This document shows, piece after piece, positions 47,745 through 61,519 of a DNA stretch of 64,000 nt. The stretch is taken from assembly GCF_038025025.1 (NCBI RefSeq), contig NW_027117343.1:558001-622000 (forward strand). The letters are read 5' to 3'. The notes beneath the pieces are model-generated. The model saw only the letters and a program-made list of their open reading frames with translations, was not told the DNA's origin and searched no databases. Numbering within the stretch: the stretch's first letter is position 1; each line of letters begins with the position of its first letter. The position numbers were made by a program, and so were the translations under genes. This stretch comes from Phyllosticta citribraziliensis (lineage: Eukaryota).

Positions 47745-50086
47745 TCACCCCCTCCCAAAAGCCAATTTCATCTGCCCCTTCTCCTTCGCGCGATTCGCAG
47801 CGCCAGGCGGACGCCCGCGCCCTCTGCCCCCACCTCGCCCGCGACCACCGCCATGCACATGCCCTGATGCCGGAGCCGGCGAAGCAGACGACGCAGACGC
47901 GGCGGACGCCTCTTCGGCCTGAAGCTCGCGGGCCAGGTCTTTGGCAAAGTGCCAGTCCAGGTGCTCGGCCTGCTCGGCGAGGGGGATGGGCTCGTTGCAG
48001 CGGGGACAGGGGGAGGAGGGCGCGGGGATTGGGGAGGGGTCTGTGGGCAGTGGTGGTGGCGGTTGTGCTGATGGTGGTAATAGGTCGTCGGTGTTGGAGG
48101 GGAAGAGGAAGGGGTCGGTGTGGTTGCGGGTGTGGTTTGCTGAGGTGTTTCCTTCGTCCTGGAGGGCCGTAGGGTCTGATGGGTGGCTGTTGTGGTGGTG
48201 CGAGTCCAGGCCTACGATTGGTTCGAATGGAGAAGATGGCGGCGATGGAGACGGGTCCGATGGCATCGGCTCCTCTTGCAGGTAGTTTGGGTTGTCTGCA
48301 GGGTCGTCGGTGATGGCTTCGTCGTGCTGAAAGGGGTCGTGTGGCACAGAGTCATCATGCGGTTCAGCTTGATCATTTCCCTTGCTCACATTCGAGCTGG
48401 AGCCAGCGTCTTGTCGCGACGACGCAGTCCTGCTATCATTAGGAAAGACTCAAGATCTAAGGCAGGCAGAACTCACATGGGCTGGAGAAACGACACGAGT
48501 CCGCGCGGCGCGTTGGTAGCATTGTCGAGCTTCCGCCTCTTTGCGCGCTTCGCATCACTGCTTCTCATTTTGATGATTTGGCCTGGCTGCGGCGCAGCGC
48601 TCTCCTTCATCGCCTTGGCCTCCTCTCCGCGCACCAGGAAGCCGCCAATGCCCTTGTTGTTGGTGATGCCGTCCTCGAAGCCGCCGACGCTGAGCGACAG
48701 GTTGGAGCAGGGCCAGGCTCGTCCGTCCACGACGACCTGCGCGAGGAGGTTCTTGGCCAAGTTGAACAGCATTTCCTCGCTGAATGCCCTGCCCGCGGGT
48801 ATGGGCGCCTGCTTGGAGCGAGTCTGCATGCCCTGGCGGTGATGCAGGTTGATGGTCTTGGGCCGCCGTCTGTTTTCCAAGACGCCCTCCTCGACACAGC
48901 GCGAAAAGATGTCGGCGCAAAAGATGCGAAGCCAGCGGACAGCTTGGTCTATGCTATGGATGGAAGGACGAAAGGACTTGGCGGACAGCATGCTCTTGAT
49001 CTGTATCCTAGGATTGACCTCGCTCGCGTCGATTCCTCGCGCAGTATTGTACAGCCACTGTCCTGTATCGTCCCCAAGCTTCTTGAGCTGTTCCAGCGGC
49101 ACCTCGAGCAGCTCCTTGACGAGGTCCGTGTTGAACATGGCGACCACTTCGTCCCCCAGCTTCCCGCCCAAGTTTCGGATCTTGGTGAACTTCATGTCTC
49201 CGAGGAAGCGCTGGACGGCGCGATTTCGCACGACCGTCTGCTGGTTTGGCTTCTTGTAGCCCGACCCCAGCTTTGCTATCATCTTGTTGCGCGCGATGCC
49301 GGCCGAGCAAGTATATTTCAACTTGTCATGTATCGCAGCCCGCACGTCGCGCACAATTTCTGACGCCACTAGAAGCGCAATGTCATCCCAGTCTGGATCC
49401 TCGTCCTCCGTCTCTTGCGGATCCAAATCTATCAGGTGGTCCGTCTGCCAGTCGAGTGCCGACGTTGGTGGCCTGGGCAGATTTTCCGTTGGGTCGTCGT
49501 ATGGCGGCGGGCCTCTAAGCTCCAGGTAGCGCTCCAGCAAGATGCGATGGACATGGGCGCTGAGATCCATGAAGACCTCGTCGATGCTTGCCTTTTCGAC
49601 CCTCTGCGCGTCGGCCGGCAAGCTTTCCTTGATCAGCGCAAGAATCTTGCGCGACTGGGCACGGTACGGGTCCAACGAGACCTTGTGCGAGCCCATGTTC
49701 TTGAACGCGTCTTCGTGGTATTCCCAGGCGGCATCGCCCTCCTTCCACGTGGCGACGTGCTGCATGATCAGGTCTGGACACAGCTTCTGTGCCTCCGCCG
49801 ACGTAATGTGTCTATTCAGGCCAAACGCGCGCGCCGGATAGTTGATGGCGATGAGGCCCTGCCACTGCTGCACGGCGAGCGGCTGCTCCGGCGGCACCCC
49901 AAGCCGCACCATTTCGCATTGCGCATAAAAGGCATCCAGGTCGATGTGGGCAATGACGCGGAGTGGGGTGGTGGGCGAGTAGCTGCCGAGGGCGGCGAGC
50001 TGTTTGAAGGTGAATTGCGATTTGCGCCGGCGGCCGTCGCCACTGGCGGAGAGCGGGGACGACTGGAAGCCTGGCGAAAAGGACAT
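47745..50086 (-). CDS. RAD30: DNA polymerase eta (Y-family translesion polymerase)
   Basis: HIDLDAFYAQCE, IAINYPAR, ASIDEVF, SAGIARNKMIAKL, LGGKLG, IKSMLSAKSF; after an intron, C-terminal UBZ (CPRC...H.DWHFAKDL) and PIP-like QMKLAF. Confidence 0.93.
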
Positions 50087-51195
50087 TACGGCGGATTGAG
50101 GACGCGATTGGAGAGAGGTCTGGGCGGGCACCTCATGGTTTGGGCGACGAGCCGGGTGTGGGCTGGCAAGTGGTGATGAGATTGAGTGTCGTCGCGTCTC
50201 GCGTTGACGAGTGCGCGTGCACAGGGTCCGATTAGGCTAACCCAAAACAGCAGGGGGTCGCAGAGCCTCCACCACAGGTGAATTATGAGGATGGAAACCA
50301 GTGAAGCCAAGATTTTCATAGCGTAGGCAAACATACGGTCGAGACTTGAAATGCACATGAGCTTGATCAAGTACCAGCAACCAAGATGGACGGCAAGGAA
50401 AAAGCAACAACGCCAGCATACAGCAGACGACTTGTGAATGCCTCGATCTTGCACCGAAAACCTGCTCTCCGGGGCTTTGGTCTCGATCTTGTATTCGTTT
50501 TGTCTGCCGCTGCAGCACTCGATCAAAGCACGAACACAGGTCTGCCGAAGCGACATGCATCGTTCCCCTCTTTGCATGCTTTTTGTTGTATGAAATTGAT
50601 GTCCGGCTGCGTTTGGTGTCTGGTTCAGCCGTGCGTCAATTTCGACACTGGCCCCGCACGGTTTGATAAGGTGGCAGCAGGTGCTTGTCGCGTGGCCAAG
50701 GGTTATCGACATCAGAGGGATTCTCGTCAATAATAACAAAAAACAAAAAATGAATAAAAACGCGCTTTTGCGTGCATCCGATCTTCGTGATGTTGGCGTC
50801 GGAAGTGGCGTCGAGGATGATGGCGCAATGATGACGGATCCCACATTTGCGCAGTGAGATCGAGCGGGCTGACGGGATTTAGATCATGGTGAAAAGAGCA
50901 CACCGGCACTCACGACGTTGATTCTCGATTCCAGCGTGCAGCAGAGACAGCCGGTCAGGGACTAGAGGAGCCGAGGTAAAAGAACAAAGCTGGGACATCC
51001 CCACCACTGACGTGAGACGTCTGTCGACGGACGGCTGCGTCACAAACCCCAGCGTCGCCCTACCGGTACAAAGCACCAAGCTTCCAACGCCTCTCTGGTT
51101 CGAGATTCTCTGGTTTCTGGATTTTGCTTCACTTGTAATCACTTTTTTACTCCAGCCGCCCACGCAGTCGGCGCCGCAGCGAGACAATTCGAGTC

Positions 51196-52477
51196 ATGGA
51201 AGCGCCCAACGGCCTCATCGTCTACCACTACCCCTTCTCTCCTTACGCCCGCCGTGTCATCTGGTATCTGCAGCTGCGCGGTCTGAGCTATGCGGAATGC
51301 GTGCGTGCCTCCCATCCTGTCCAACCCGACGGCTGCCGCAGCGGTACCTACATACATACAAGGGGGGGGAAAAAAAAGAGCTGCGCGCGGTGCCTGACGT
51401 CAATCCCTGAACGCTGACAGACAGACTGACTGGCGTGCCCGATGTGCAGATGCAACCGCATATCATGCCGCGCCCCGACCTCAGCGCGCTGGGCATCTCG
51501 TATCGGCGCATCCCGGTCATGGCCATGGGGCGTGATGTGTATTGCGACACACGGCTGATGCTGCGCAAGCTGGAGGAGCGGTTTCCTCAGGGCGCGTTGG
51601 GCGCGACGGGCGGCGAGCAGAGGGCGATTCAGCGGCTGCTGGACCGCTGGATCACCGACGGCGGCGTCTTTATGCGGGCCGCGTCGTCCATGCCGCCCAG
51701 CCTGCCGATTCTGCAGGACCCCAAGTTTCTCAACGACCGCAGGGACTTTGTAGGGCGGGCGTGGAGCAAAGAGGCGATTGAGCAGGGCAGACCCGAGAGC
51801 ATCGTGGCCATGCGCGACGCGTTTGATCTGCTGGAGAGCACGCTGCTGGCCGACGGACGCGAGTGGATACTCAAGACGGAGGCACCAAGCCTTGGAGACA
51901 TTGAAGGTGAGTACAGTCTGGTACAGGCGGGTAGACTAGCGGACGGGAAGGGTCGAGTGGCGGGCACTAGCGGCGGGCGTCGTAACCACGCAGCGGACGG
52001 GAATATGACTAACAAAGCACAGCCATCTGGCCGTTCGACTGGCTCGTCGACATGGACGGGGCGCTGCCGGGCGAAGTGATTTCGGAAAAACAGTTTCCAA
52101 AGGTTTTTGGGTGGATCCAGCGGTTCCGCGGGAGGTTGAGGCGGGCTCAGGCTCAGGCTCAGGGCTCGGGCTCCAAGGCTGTCAAGGTTGATGGAGAGGC
52201 GGCGGCCAAAGTCATTTGCGGAGCCAGCTTCGCGGAAAGTGGCGGCAAGATTGATGCGGCTGAGCCGTTGGGCCTGGCGCTGGGCACAGAGGTCGAAGTC
52301 TGGCCGATCGACAGTGGCTCATCGCATCACGACAAGGGCAGACTGGTGAGCCTGACGTGGGACGAGGTGGTGCTGGCGACGAGGGCGGACAAGTGGGAGG
52401 CAGAGATTCATGTACACTTTCCGCGGTGGGGATTCAGGGTAGCGCGGGCATCGGCATCAGCATCGGCCAAGATGTAG
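51196..52477 (+). CDS. Glutathione S-transferase-like protein; 2 introns
   Basis: YPFSPYARRV, PRPDL..LG..YRRIPV..GRDVYCDTRL, PSLGDIE, HVHFPRWGF. Confidence 0.85.
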
Positions 52478-53223
52478 ACAGACGGTGGTGTTGAGCGTCG
52501 AGTGATGTGCGTGGCTGCGAGGGGGGCATGGGTAGGACATGGACATGGGTTGTGCAGTCTGCAGGCATGCCCGAGCCAAGCACACGCAGGGCAGCCTAAC
52601 AGTCCGGTCCCGTCAGGCGCGTGCCCGAGAGTTGGTCTACATACAGGGTCGACAGGGTCAACAGTAAACAGTTACAGCTAGAGACAAGAGGAGACATGAG
52701 GGGTCCGCTCAGTGGTTGGCCCTGGCCCTGGCCCTGGCCCTGGCTCTGGTGTTGGGTGCAGTGCAGTGCGAGTTACGGTACGGTAACTGGTGAGATTCAT
52801 TCATGCCCGACGGGCGAGCGATCCACTGGCGCCGCCTCCCAACATCCATCGACCAAGTCATCCATGCCATGGCATATATCATGGCCTGCGCTGCCTCTAT
52901 TCTCGAAATTTTCCCACCTTTGCTGCTCGCTCCGTCGAACCTGCGCCCCCCCCCCCCCCCCTGGCCCTGGCTCTTGCGCCGTTGAGAGAGAGAGAAAACC
53001 CGTCATCACTGTGTATCGCGCCGGGCAGCTTGCCGTGGTGTTGCTCAGCCGACAGCCAGTCGCGAGTAGGGGCCAAGGTCCACGTCCAGTCCAAAAAAGC
53101 CCCGCACCGCACACGTTCCGCTCCGCTCACGTCGCTGCTCTGCCTGCCTGCCTGCCTCTTTGCCCTTTTCTTCTCTCCTCTTGCATCTCACCTCGCCTCG
53201 CCCTCGCCACTCCCGTCGTCCCT

Positions 53224-53254
53224 CTCGCCTCGCCTCGCCTCGCCTCGCCTCGCC
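53224..53254. repeat. (CTCGC)n microsatellite upstream of rfeG
   Basis: About six consecutive CTCGC units. Confidence 0.85.
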
Positions 53255-53406
53255 TGCACCTAGCCACCGGTGCATGAGCTGCTTGCGACCCCTCCACGCT
53301 GCTCGGGTTACCCCGGCCTCGATCCTTTGCCTTTTGCCTCGACGACTACCAGGGCCCGCCCGCCGCCCTCAGCCTCCCGCCCCAAACCTCCTCCTCCTCC
53401 TCCTCA

Positions 53407-54449
53407 ATGCCTCCGACCATGCCATCCTCCATATCGCGCGCCACGCCCACGAGGCAGTGGTTCCAGCCCGGCGACGGCATCGCTCGCGAAGTCATCACCG
53501 CCGACATTCAGCGCTACCTCGGCCCTGATGCCCTCGTCAAGCCCGGAATTGGCACCCATGAATTCGAGGTTAGCTTCCTTGACACTCGGTCCGTCGACCC
53601 ATCTGACTTGCATCCAGGGCGTCGAAGGCTACTGGATAACCGCCTACCGGACCCTGACGACGGTTAGTCCCCCCCCTCCCTCTCTTCATCCCCTCCCTTC
53701 ACTGACGTCCCCAGCAAATGGTTCAGGATCTCAAGACAGACTCGGCTCGTTGGCGTGCCGAGGTCCAGCAGGGACGAGGTAGCCCACACGCGCGAGACGC
53801 AAAGTTGTCCAAGCCCCCTGACAAGCCTGTAGTTGCATATCAAGACTCAAGAACCCACCAGTCCAGGCAATACTATGGCCCCAGCACTCCTGGCCCGGAT
53901 GCTTCCTACGGCGCTGCCCCGCCTGCCCAAGGATACGCCGACCACCCGGCCGCTGCTGGATACCGTGCCCCGGCCCAGAATTCCTACGGAGGAGACTACA
54001 CCTACGCACAACCCCAGTCAGGATACCCCCAGCAAGGAGCCCCCTATGTGCCCGCCCCGGGATATGGACAAGGCCAAGTTAGGACCGCCCCGGCCTATGG
54101 CTACAGCCAACCTTCTGCCAGGGAACCGGACCCTCACTACCCAGGCCACCAGGACTCTCCTAGATATGGCTATCCGCCGTCAACCTCGGCGCCGCCAGAG
54201 CGCGTCTACCCTCCACCCCAGCCAAGGTATTTCATGGAAGACCACATCCCCACGGATTTATTGGATTTGGCTAAGTTTCCTGTGTGTAGTACATCCCAGC
54301 CGTACTACTACCCGGACAGCAGAAGCAGTAAGTTTGCCTTGCGCGCTGCAAACATCGAGACACGAAAACTGAATTGATAGACTGACAGTGCCATCTTAGC
54401 TCCGACGCAGCCTCCGCCGCAAGCTAATGATCGTCGCCGTCGCCAGTAG
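53407..54449 (+). CDS. rfeG: RfeG-like fungal regulator (conserved N-terminal domain, Pro/Tyr/Gln-rich tail); several introns
   Basis: RQWFQPGDGIAREVITADIQRYLGPDALVKPG / GYWITAYRTLT / MVQDLKTDSARW. Confidence 0.75.
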
Positions 54450-55973
54450 CCATGCGAAAACTGGGAAAAAATCCACCGTCTCACATCTTGGCATTCTGCT
54501 GGAATTGCCTCGAATCTGCTGGTCGGCCTCTTCTGGACTGGACCGAACATCTGGGATACTTCCGTGGGGGCCTCCATCCGTCAGGATGCTTCAAAAACTC
54601 CGGATTTCGTACGCTTGACCTCCAGTCTGGCACCGGCCGCCTGAAAATTTCCGGAAAAGAAACCCGAGGCCTGGATTTCCACTGCTTCAAGAAGCGTCCG
54701 TCATATGGGAGTTTTTGCTGGACCATCCTGAATGAGGCCGGACTAGAAGAACCGTTTCCCACCAACGCGGACTGACTGCCATGATTCTCCTACCTAGCTG
54801 AGGTTCTGTTCCACGGATCATTCTAGCGCACGGGCGCACGCGCAACGAAGGAGCGAGCGACATGGGCTTTTTCTCTTGCAAGCTAATGTGTTTTATTTCC
54901 CGGGGCATCATGGCTTTTCCTTTTTCTCTCTTCACTGTCTATTCTGCTACTTTTGCCACACTGCCTTGTGGGTTCAACAAGCGACCGGCGTTTCGCATAG
55001 GTGGTATGTTGCTTGCGATTATCTATCCATCCTGGGACCATCCATCTCTGCCGCCACCGCCACCAGTACCAGTACCACGACCGTTACCATGCTTTGTTTC
55101 CGGCTACCGTACCTACCGCTTTTTTGCGCGCGCGCGACATTCTCATTCGTCTCCCGTCTCGTCTCCCTGGCTGCTGTTCTTTTAGCGATCTGGATGATTT
55201 GCCCCACCTACACACTACCACCATTACCACCCCGTCGGATTGTAGTAGCTACACGATGGCATTCGCACTTAATGCGTTGCTTCTCTTCACAGCTGCTGTT
55301 GCTGAAAAGCAGACCGCTCGCTCGCTCGCTAGGTGTGGCACTGCGGATAGCTAGCTAGCGGGCGTAAAAAACGTTTGCTCCCCATTGACTTTTGCCTGTC
55401 TGGTCAGTCCATTGCGGATTGGAGTGCGGTGGACCAATGGATGGGTGGGCGTGAGGCGTACGTAGGCAGGGAGGTTGTTTGGTTGACTGGCTGGCTAGCA
55501 CTTGGCGACAGTGAGCGTGCGAGCGTGCATAGCGTAAGAATGGAGTTTGCTGCCTCTTATCGACCAATCCTACCCATCTACCCGACTGTCCCTCTATCCG
55601 TCTACCTTCCCAACTCCCTACTATCTCATTCGCTGTGGTCACACAGATCATCCCACATATCTCACCTGCCTGTCCTCACGCGGCTCGTCTTGGCACAGCA
55701 CTGCATGCTGCTCACATCTATTTGTTGCCCGTCCGTCCGTTCGTTCGTTGTTGTCGTTGGTGTGTGTCTGCTTCAAGGATGGTTCGGTTGCTTGGAAGGA
55801 TGAGGCTCCTCGCCATCGTGTTGGCAGTGAACTTAAAACCAGAGAAAGAAGGACAGGGGCACGGTGTACGCACGGCAAGGTACATGCGAAGCCTATCTTC
55901 AAATACGGCATTCATATCACATCATATAGTCAAGCCCCCTCACCACCCTCCCCTCCCCTCCCGCACGCCCAAA

Positions 55974-58486
55974 CTAAACCCACGTCCCATTCTGCAACCC
56001 AAACCAGCCCTGCGCCGGCATGCTCAGCCACGGCGTGCCATCGGCATCGTCCGTATTCAGATACACGGTATTGCCCCACCAGTCCGGGAACACGGCGCCC
56101 GGGTAGCTGACGCAGAAGAAGATGACGATGCCGGCCAGCGCCGTGCCCGTGTCCAGCGCGGCGGCCAGCACGTAGTTGTACTTGGTCCACCAGGCGAAGA
56201 ACTTGCGGCGCAGGTGCGCGTTGAAGATGTAGTTCACCAGCGCCCAGGAGGAGTAGTTGATGCCCGTGGCCGGGGGCACGTTGTACGTGCCGACGAAGAT
56301 CTGCGGAGAGAGGAGGTTAGCCAGACATTCTGCCGACGCACACGAAACGACGAAGGAGAGAAGGACGACATACCAACGGCCAGTTGACCTTCCTGTAAAA
56401 CTCCCTCCCCGTCTTCTTCCACAGCGCCCACGTCACGACCGGCATCAGCAGGCCGATCCAGAAGAAGTGCAGCAAGCCCGAGTATATCTTGCCCACGCTG
56501 TACAGCCGCGCCGGCCCGATCAGCCCCCAGATGACCGACGACGACGCCACCGTGCGCCCGTTCGGGCACGTGAAGCCGCTCGGCTGGTCCGTCGAGCAGA
56601 TGTCGTGGATGTTGCCCAGCATCCACGACGTCACGCCGACTTGGGTCAGCGCGCCGAGGACGGTGGCCAGGCCTTGGGCGGTGAAGACGAGGCGCGGGGC
56701 CAGTTTCATGTAGTGGCCTAGTTTCATGCTTGGGGATGTTAGTGAGGAGTGGATTGTAGATGTTGGGATGGAGAGATGATGATAGGGGGTGGAGCTGAAG
56801 GGGAAGGGGGAAGAGAAATAGAAAAACTCACTCCTGACAAAAAAAGATGCCCTGCGTAACGACATCCTGGCTCAGCATCTTGAAAATCATATTGGCCAGC
56901 GGCTTCCCCTGAAACATGTAGCCGCCAATAAACTCGGAGAGCACGTTGAGCTGCTGCGCGTCGACATTCGTGATGCCCTGGATGATGGCGCACGGGATGA
57001 GGTACAGCGCCGGGATGAGCAGCGCCAGGAACACGCCGTAGACGGGCAGCAGCGTGTCGTACGCCTCGACCATGGCGATCGACATGGCGATGGTGACGAC
57101 CGTGATGGCCGCGTAGTACCACCACGGTGTCTTCGCGTACGAGCGCATCAGGCGCGCGTGGATGTCGTTGTTTTGGCTGCTGCCGCCGCCGCGCAGCGTG
57201 CGCCAGATGTCCTTGCCGTGCCACAGGCCGACGTGAACGAGGACCGACGTGATGGAGGCGAAGGACAGGCCGTAGACGAAGGCGAACGACGCGCCCAGGT
57301 ACGGCGGCGAGTAGTCTTGGTACATGGTCGCGTTGAACGAGCCGTCCGGCGTCAGGACCTTGGTCGTGTTGTACGTGTCGCCGAAGCGGTCGTACACCTC
57401 AGCCGTCATCAGCGGCAGGTAGCCGGTAAACCAGGTGTTGGTGTAGTAGATTGCCGGGACGATGATCCAGAAGGCGGCGACGAAGCCACCTAGGACGTTG
57501 AGGGCTGCCCACGACGGCGACAGCAGCGGGTTCGTGTTGTATGCTATTTGCGTCCAGTCAAACGTGATGGGCGACAGTCCGAGGCCCGTCTGCATGCCGA
57601 AGACGTGGTTGACGACCTTGTTGCGCGGCGCGATCCAGCAGACCCACGTGAAGTAGGACAGCCCGACCCAGATGAGGCCCGGGAACCAGTAGAAGCAGAA
57701 CGCGCCGGCCAGGACGTACATGAAGAAGCGCAGACGCGTGATTATCCAGCCGTTAGCCAGGGCGTTGGCGCGCGAGTGCAGCGTCGTCAACAGCGCGCAT
57801 ATCGCCAGACTGCCCGGCCAGATGATGTTTGCGGGCTCAACAGTCCAAGGGGCCGACAAGCCGGCGACGCCAAAACCCAGCAGTTGTGTGCAGAGGACAA
57901 CCAGCACACTGAAGCCGGCGGATAGCTTGAAGCCGTAGAACTTTGTCGCGGCCTGAATGATGCTCGTGCCATCCGCACTGCCGAATCCGATGGAGACGTT
58001 GGACATGATTGTGATCAACGTGTGTTCCTTGATGTTGAAGTGTCGGTCTGGGTTGATTGTCCATTTTCCAAGCCGACCGAGATCCACGGTCCAGAGGGGA
58101 AGCACTTGGGCCAGGAAGACTCCGCAGGGGTACGCCAACAACTCGGCGACGAGGGCGACAATCTTGACAGAGGGATACCGCAGCGAAAAGAAGTTGTTGA
58201 TGCCGGATCCCAGCATGGTAAAGACGAATCCAATCACCCAAGCACGCAGCGTTGATACGGGCATCGAAGTATCGTCTACCTCGGGAACCACAGAGCGGAC
58301 TTCGGGGTAGGGCGAGTGATTGGAGTCGATGTCGTCCAGCTTCTCCCCATCCGCTCGCAGCACCTCTGCGACGTCCACCTCCAACTCTTGCAAATGGCCA
58401 TGTTCGGCGTCTTTCTCCTGCCCGGCGACGACGGGCTCCTTCTTCTCGTCGACTGGCTGCGGCATCTCCGTGCTGCTGACGGACAT
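55974..58486 (-). CDS. OPT-family oligopeptide transporter; 2 introns
   Basis: SPYPEVRSVV, TLRAW, FNIKEHTLITIM, YSPPY, DIHARLMRSY, KLGHYMKLAPR, IWGLIGP, KYNYVLAAALD, WWGN. Confidence 0.93.
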
Positions 58487-59474
58487 GTTGGGCGGACTGC
58501 GTAGGGTCGAATGCTCCCAATAACGGGAGAGGCAAAGCGGCGACAGCTACCAACTCCCCCCACGAGACTGGGGCAGCATGTTATACGGAGAAGCCGAAAT
58601 TCGCCGCGCGGCGGCCGCAAAAAATGGTGACATTCTGGCTGGCGATAAGGTAGATATCCGCTGCGAGGACTTGCAACCGCAACGCTGAACGGCGACGGCC
58701 TTTCTAACGATTCTGGCTTGCGAGCATGGTTCTACTGCGGCGAGGCTTCGATAAGCGACGACTCGTGTAGTTCGCAGTGTCGTCGCCGGTGCGTGATTGG
58801 TTCGTGATCGGCATCTGGGGTTGTTTTCCCGCGATAACGCTTGGGTGACATGCGAAGCTCTGATCAAGACATCTTGGCCGCGCCGAGCCCAAGACATTCG
58901 TATCCTTCGCACTGTGTGGCCAAAGTCTCAAGAGGTGTGGCACGGAAGAGTCCGCATACTGAACGTCTCAAAGCCAGCGACAAGCAGCACTCAATCGCAA
59001 GCTCGTGGTTCTCGACCAAAGTGGGATGAGGTCCAGCGTTGCAATGTCGGCCTTCCCCGGTCAAGGCGGTCAACTCTACGCTTGTAACCCTACGTTCATG
59101 TTAGCCAAGTATTCCAAGCCGTTATCAAAAGCAAGCAATGCTTGTGGCGAGCTTGCGGAAGGCTTGGTGGAAGAAGACGCCTTGGATCGGAGGAGTGGCA
59201 AGGACCGTGACAAAACAGGAAGGAGCCCGGAAAAGACACCGACGAATTTTTAAGGTTTTGAACTGCTTAGCCCCAGGTTTGTGGTGTCGCGCGAGCAAGA
59301 TGGCCGACATTTTTTCATCGAGGATTTCTCTTCCATTTTCAGTCCGACCTTGTCGATTACCCCCGAATGCTCCTGGAAAGGCAATGCCCCTCTTTCTAAT
59401 GCAATCCCAAATTCGCCGTGACCATGACCTCAACTCCATTGCCATGCTGAAACAAAACTTTTATCGCCAGCTCT

Positions 59475-61182
59475 TCAATCATCGCCAAAACCCTTGAGCG
59501 CTCTCGTCATTCGTTCTTTCCGCCTCCTCTTCTCCTCGTCATCGTCCTTGTTGGCAGCGCCACCAGCTTCGTTAGTGGAGGCCTGCCACTTTTTCTTTTC
59601 CTCCTTCAAGTCGGCTATTTGCTTGCTTTTCGCTGTTTGCATGCTCTGCAGCGCCGCGACCTGCTTCTTGAGCTCGGCATTTTGCTGCTCCAAGTCTTGA
59701 TTTCCGTTCGAGGCGCCAGAGTCGATTGCCATGAAGTCCTCCTCGGTGGAAACAGGTTTCGGCTCGGAGACTGCAACGGTAGAAACACCAGAAGCAGAGT
59801 TTGTAAATGTAGCCAGCTCCGCTAGTGACTGTTCGAGGAAATCAGGAGGAAACGAAACATGAGTGAGAGCTTCCTCAAATGCGCTCTTTTGTCCTTTGCG
59901 TGGCGACTCGAATGCAGAGACCCTCGGGATCGAAAGATTGCCAACCAGTTGCGCGCTAAGTGTGTAATTCTGCGGCGCGGGCGACACAACCTCGCCCTCT
60001 GATATCTTGCCTCTGAGATCCAGCCTAGGTTTCACTATCGCATGGATTTTGAATTTCTCTTCTTCCGAGTCCGAGGAAAATCCGCTGGGAGCAGTAAACG
60101 AAAGATTCGTAACTGGTCCAGGTAGAGTTGCCATTCCATGCGAACTTGAGCCCCCGCTTGCAGACCACTTGACAACTTTCCCGCTGGAGTGACCTGTGAG
60201 AACGACAGTGCCATCCCAGCTCAGTGTTATGCTCAGGCCAGCCCCAAGACCTAGCCCCAGATCCGACGGCCGTCTGCTACTCGATGGAGGGGTTATGGGT
60301 GTGTATGATGTTTCTGGGTTGCGCAGGGAATCGGTTGCGCCCAGCGTGGGTTCATTGTCGGCTTGGGCGTAGAAATCGATATACTGTAAGCTTCCATCCT
60401 CATACGTCGCGAAGAATCCACGGTCCGCGGGGTCCAGAGCGAGGGCGAGAGGCGTATCTCCCAACAGATATGTGGCCAGCAGCGCGTTTTTCTTGTAGTC
60501 CCAGACTATTGCGGTATTGTCTTTCGAAGCAGACACGACAGTGTTGGCGGCGGAGCTGCTGTGTCCAATGGCCAAAGCGGTGATTGCACCACGGTGGTTG
60601 GAGAGAGTGTGAACGGGTGAGGGATTCGGACCCGCGAGGAACGATGAAAGATTTGGGAGAGACCAAACGTGGATGTTGGAATCGGCAGAGGCGGAGAGCA
60701 AAAAGTGGGAGCTTGGGTCGACGGCGACGGAGGTTACGGGCTGAAGGTGCGCTTGCGGTCCATTGATGAGGCGGCCGGTACAAATCTAGTTTGTTATCAG
60801 CATTGCAGGCTCATCGAATACTGAACGACAAATTTACCTCCCAGAGTATCACTCTACCGCCATCGGTTCCCAGACACAGCATGGTATCATCAAAAGCAAG
60901 CGCAAGACTTGAAATCTTCTCCGGAAAAGGCACCGTAGCTTCTTGATTACCCTTGTCGCGATTATATACATGCACGACCGCTTTATCCACCTGCGCTGCA
61001 AAGATATGGCTCCTGCTCACTGCGACGCAATTGGCCGCGGCGGCACTCTTCTTGAACGCATGGCGTTGCGCGAGTAGAGGCTGGTGCTCGTAAACGAAGA
61101 TGCCGGCGTCCTTGGTAACGGAAGAAGTATCTGGTTTCTTGTTGGGAATGGAAATGGAAGCGACGAAATGCTCAGACAACAT
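59475..61182 (-). CDS. IPI3: Pre-rRNA processing WD40 protein (Rix1 complex)
   Basis: MLSEHFVAS...FKKS...HIFAAQ.DKAVVHVY..GNQEATVPFPEKI; WD repeats (AHLQPVT, SASADSNIHVW, SASKDNTAIVWD); C-terminal coiled coil. Confidence 0.85.
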
Positions 61183-61519
61183 GGTGAAGAGGCGGTGCGC
61201 GAGGCGCGGGTATCTCGAGATTGATTTGGGAGAGGAAGCTGTGGTCGCGGTGCTTGCTGGGGAAATTTCAGCGGAGACGGCAAAACGGCGTCCCACTTGC
61301 GTCACCGCCTCCAGCCCTACGCATCGTCTGATGTCGGCCACCGTCGGAGCTGTGACTCGCAGCTCTTCCCTCGCTGTGCTCTGGATGATTTGTGACAATT
61401 TAATAAGGCCGCTCCTCGCCCGTGCAAGGTCTGCGCAAACGTCCATCGCCCGTCTCAATCTCCTCCGCGGCCACTTTCCTCAAAACTCGTCCACCATCGC
61501 CCACACCCAAACCACCGAA

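Noticed and set aside
50086..50136. Short upstream ORF whose stop overlaps the polymerase eta ATG (TAATG)
   Set aside because: A single short ORF is easily due to chance, and the transcript start is unknown.
61100..61519. Apparent 140-aa N-terminal extension of the FSH1-like ORF overlapping IPI3
   Set aside because: Family similarity starts at ATG 61520; the extension is open frame across a short bidirectional promoter.
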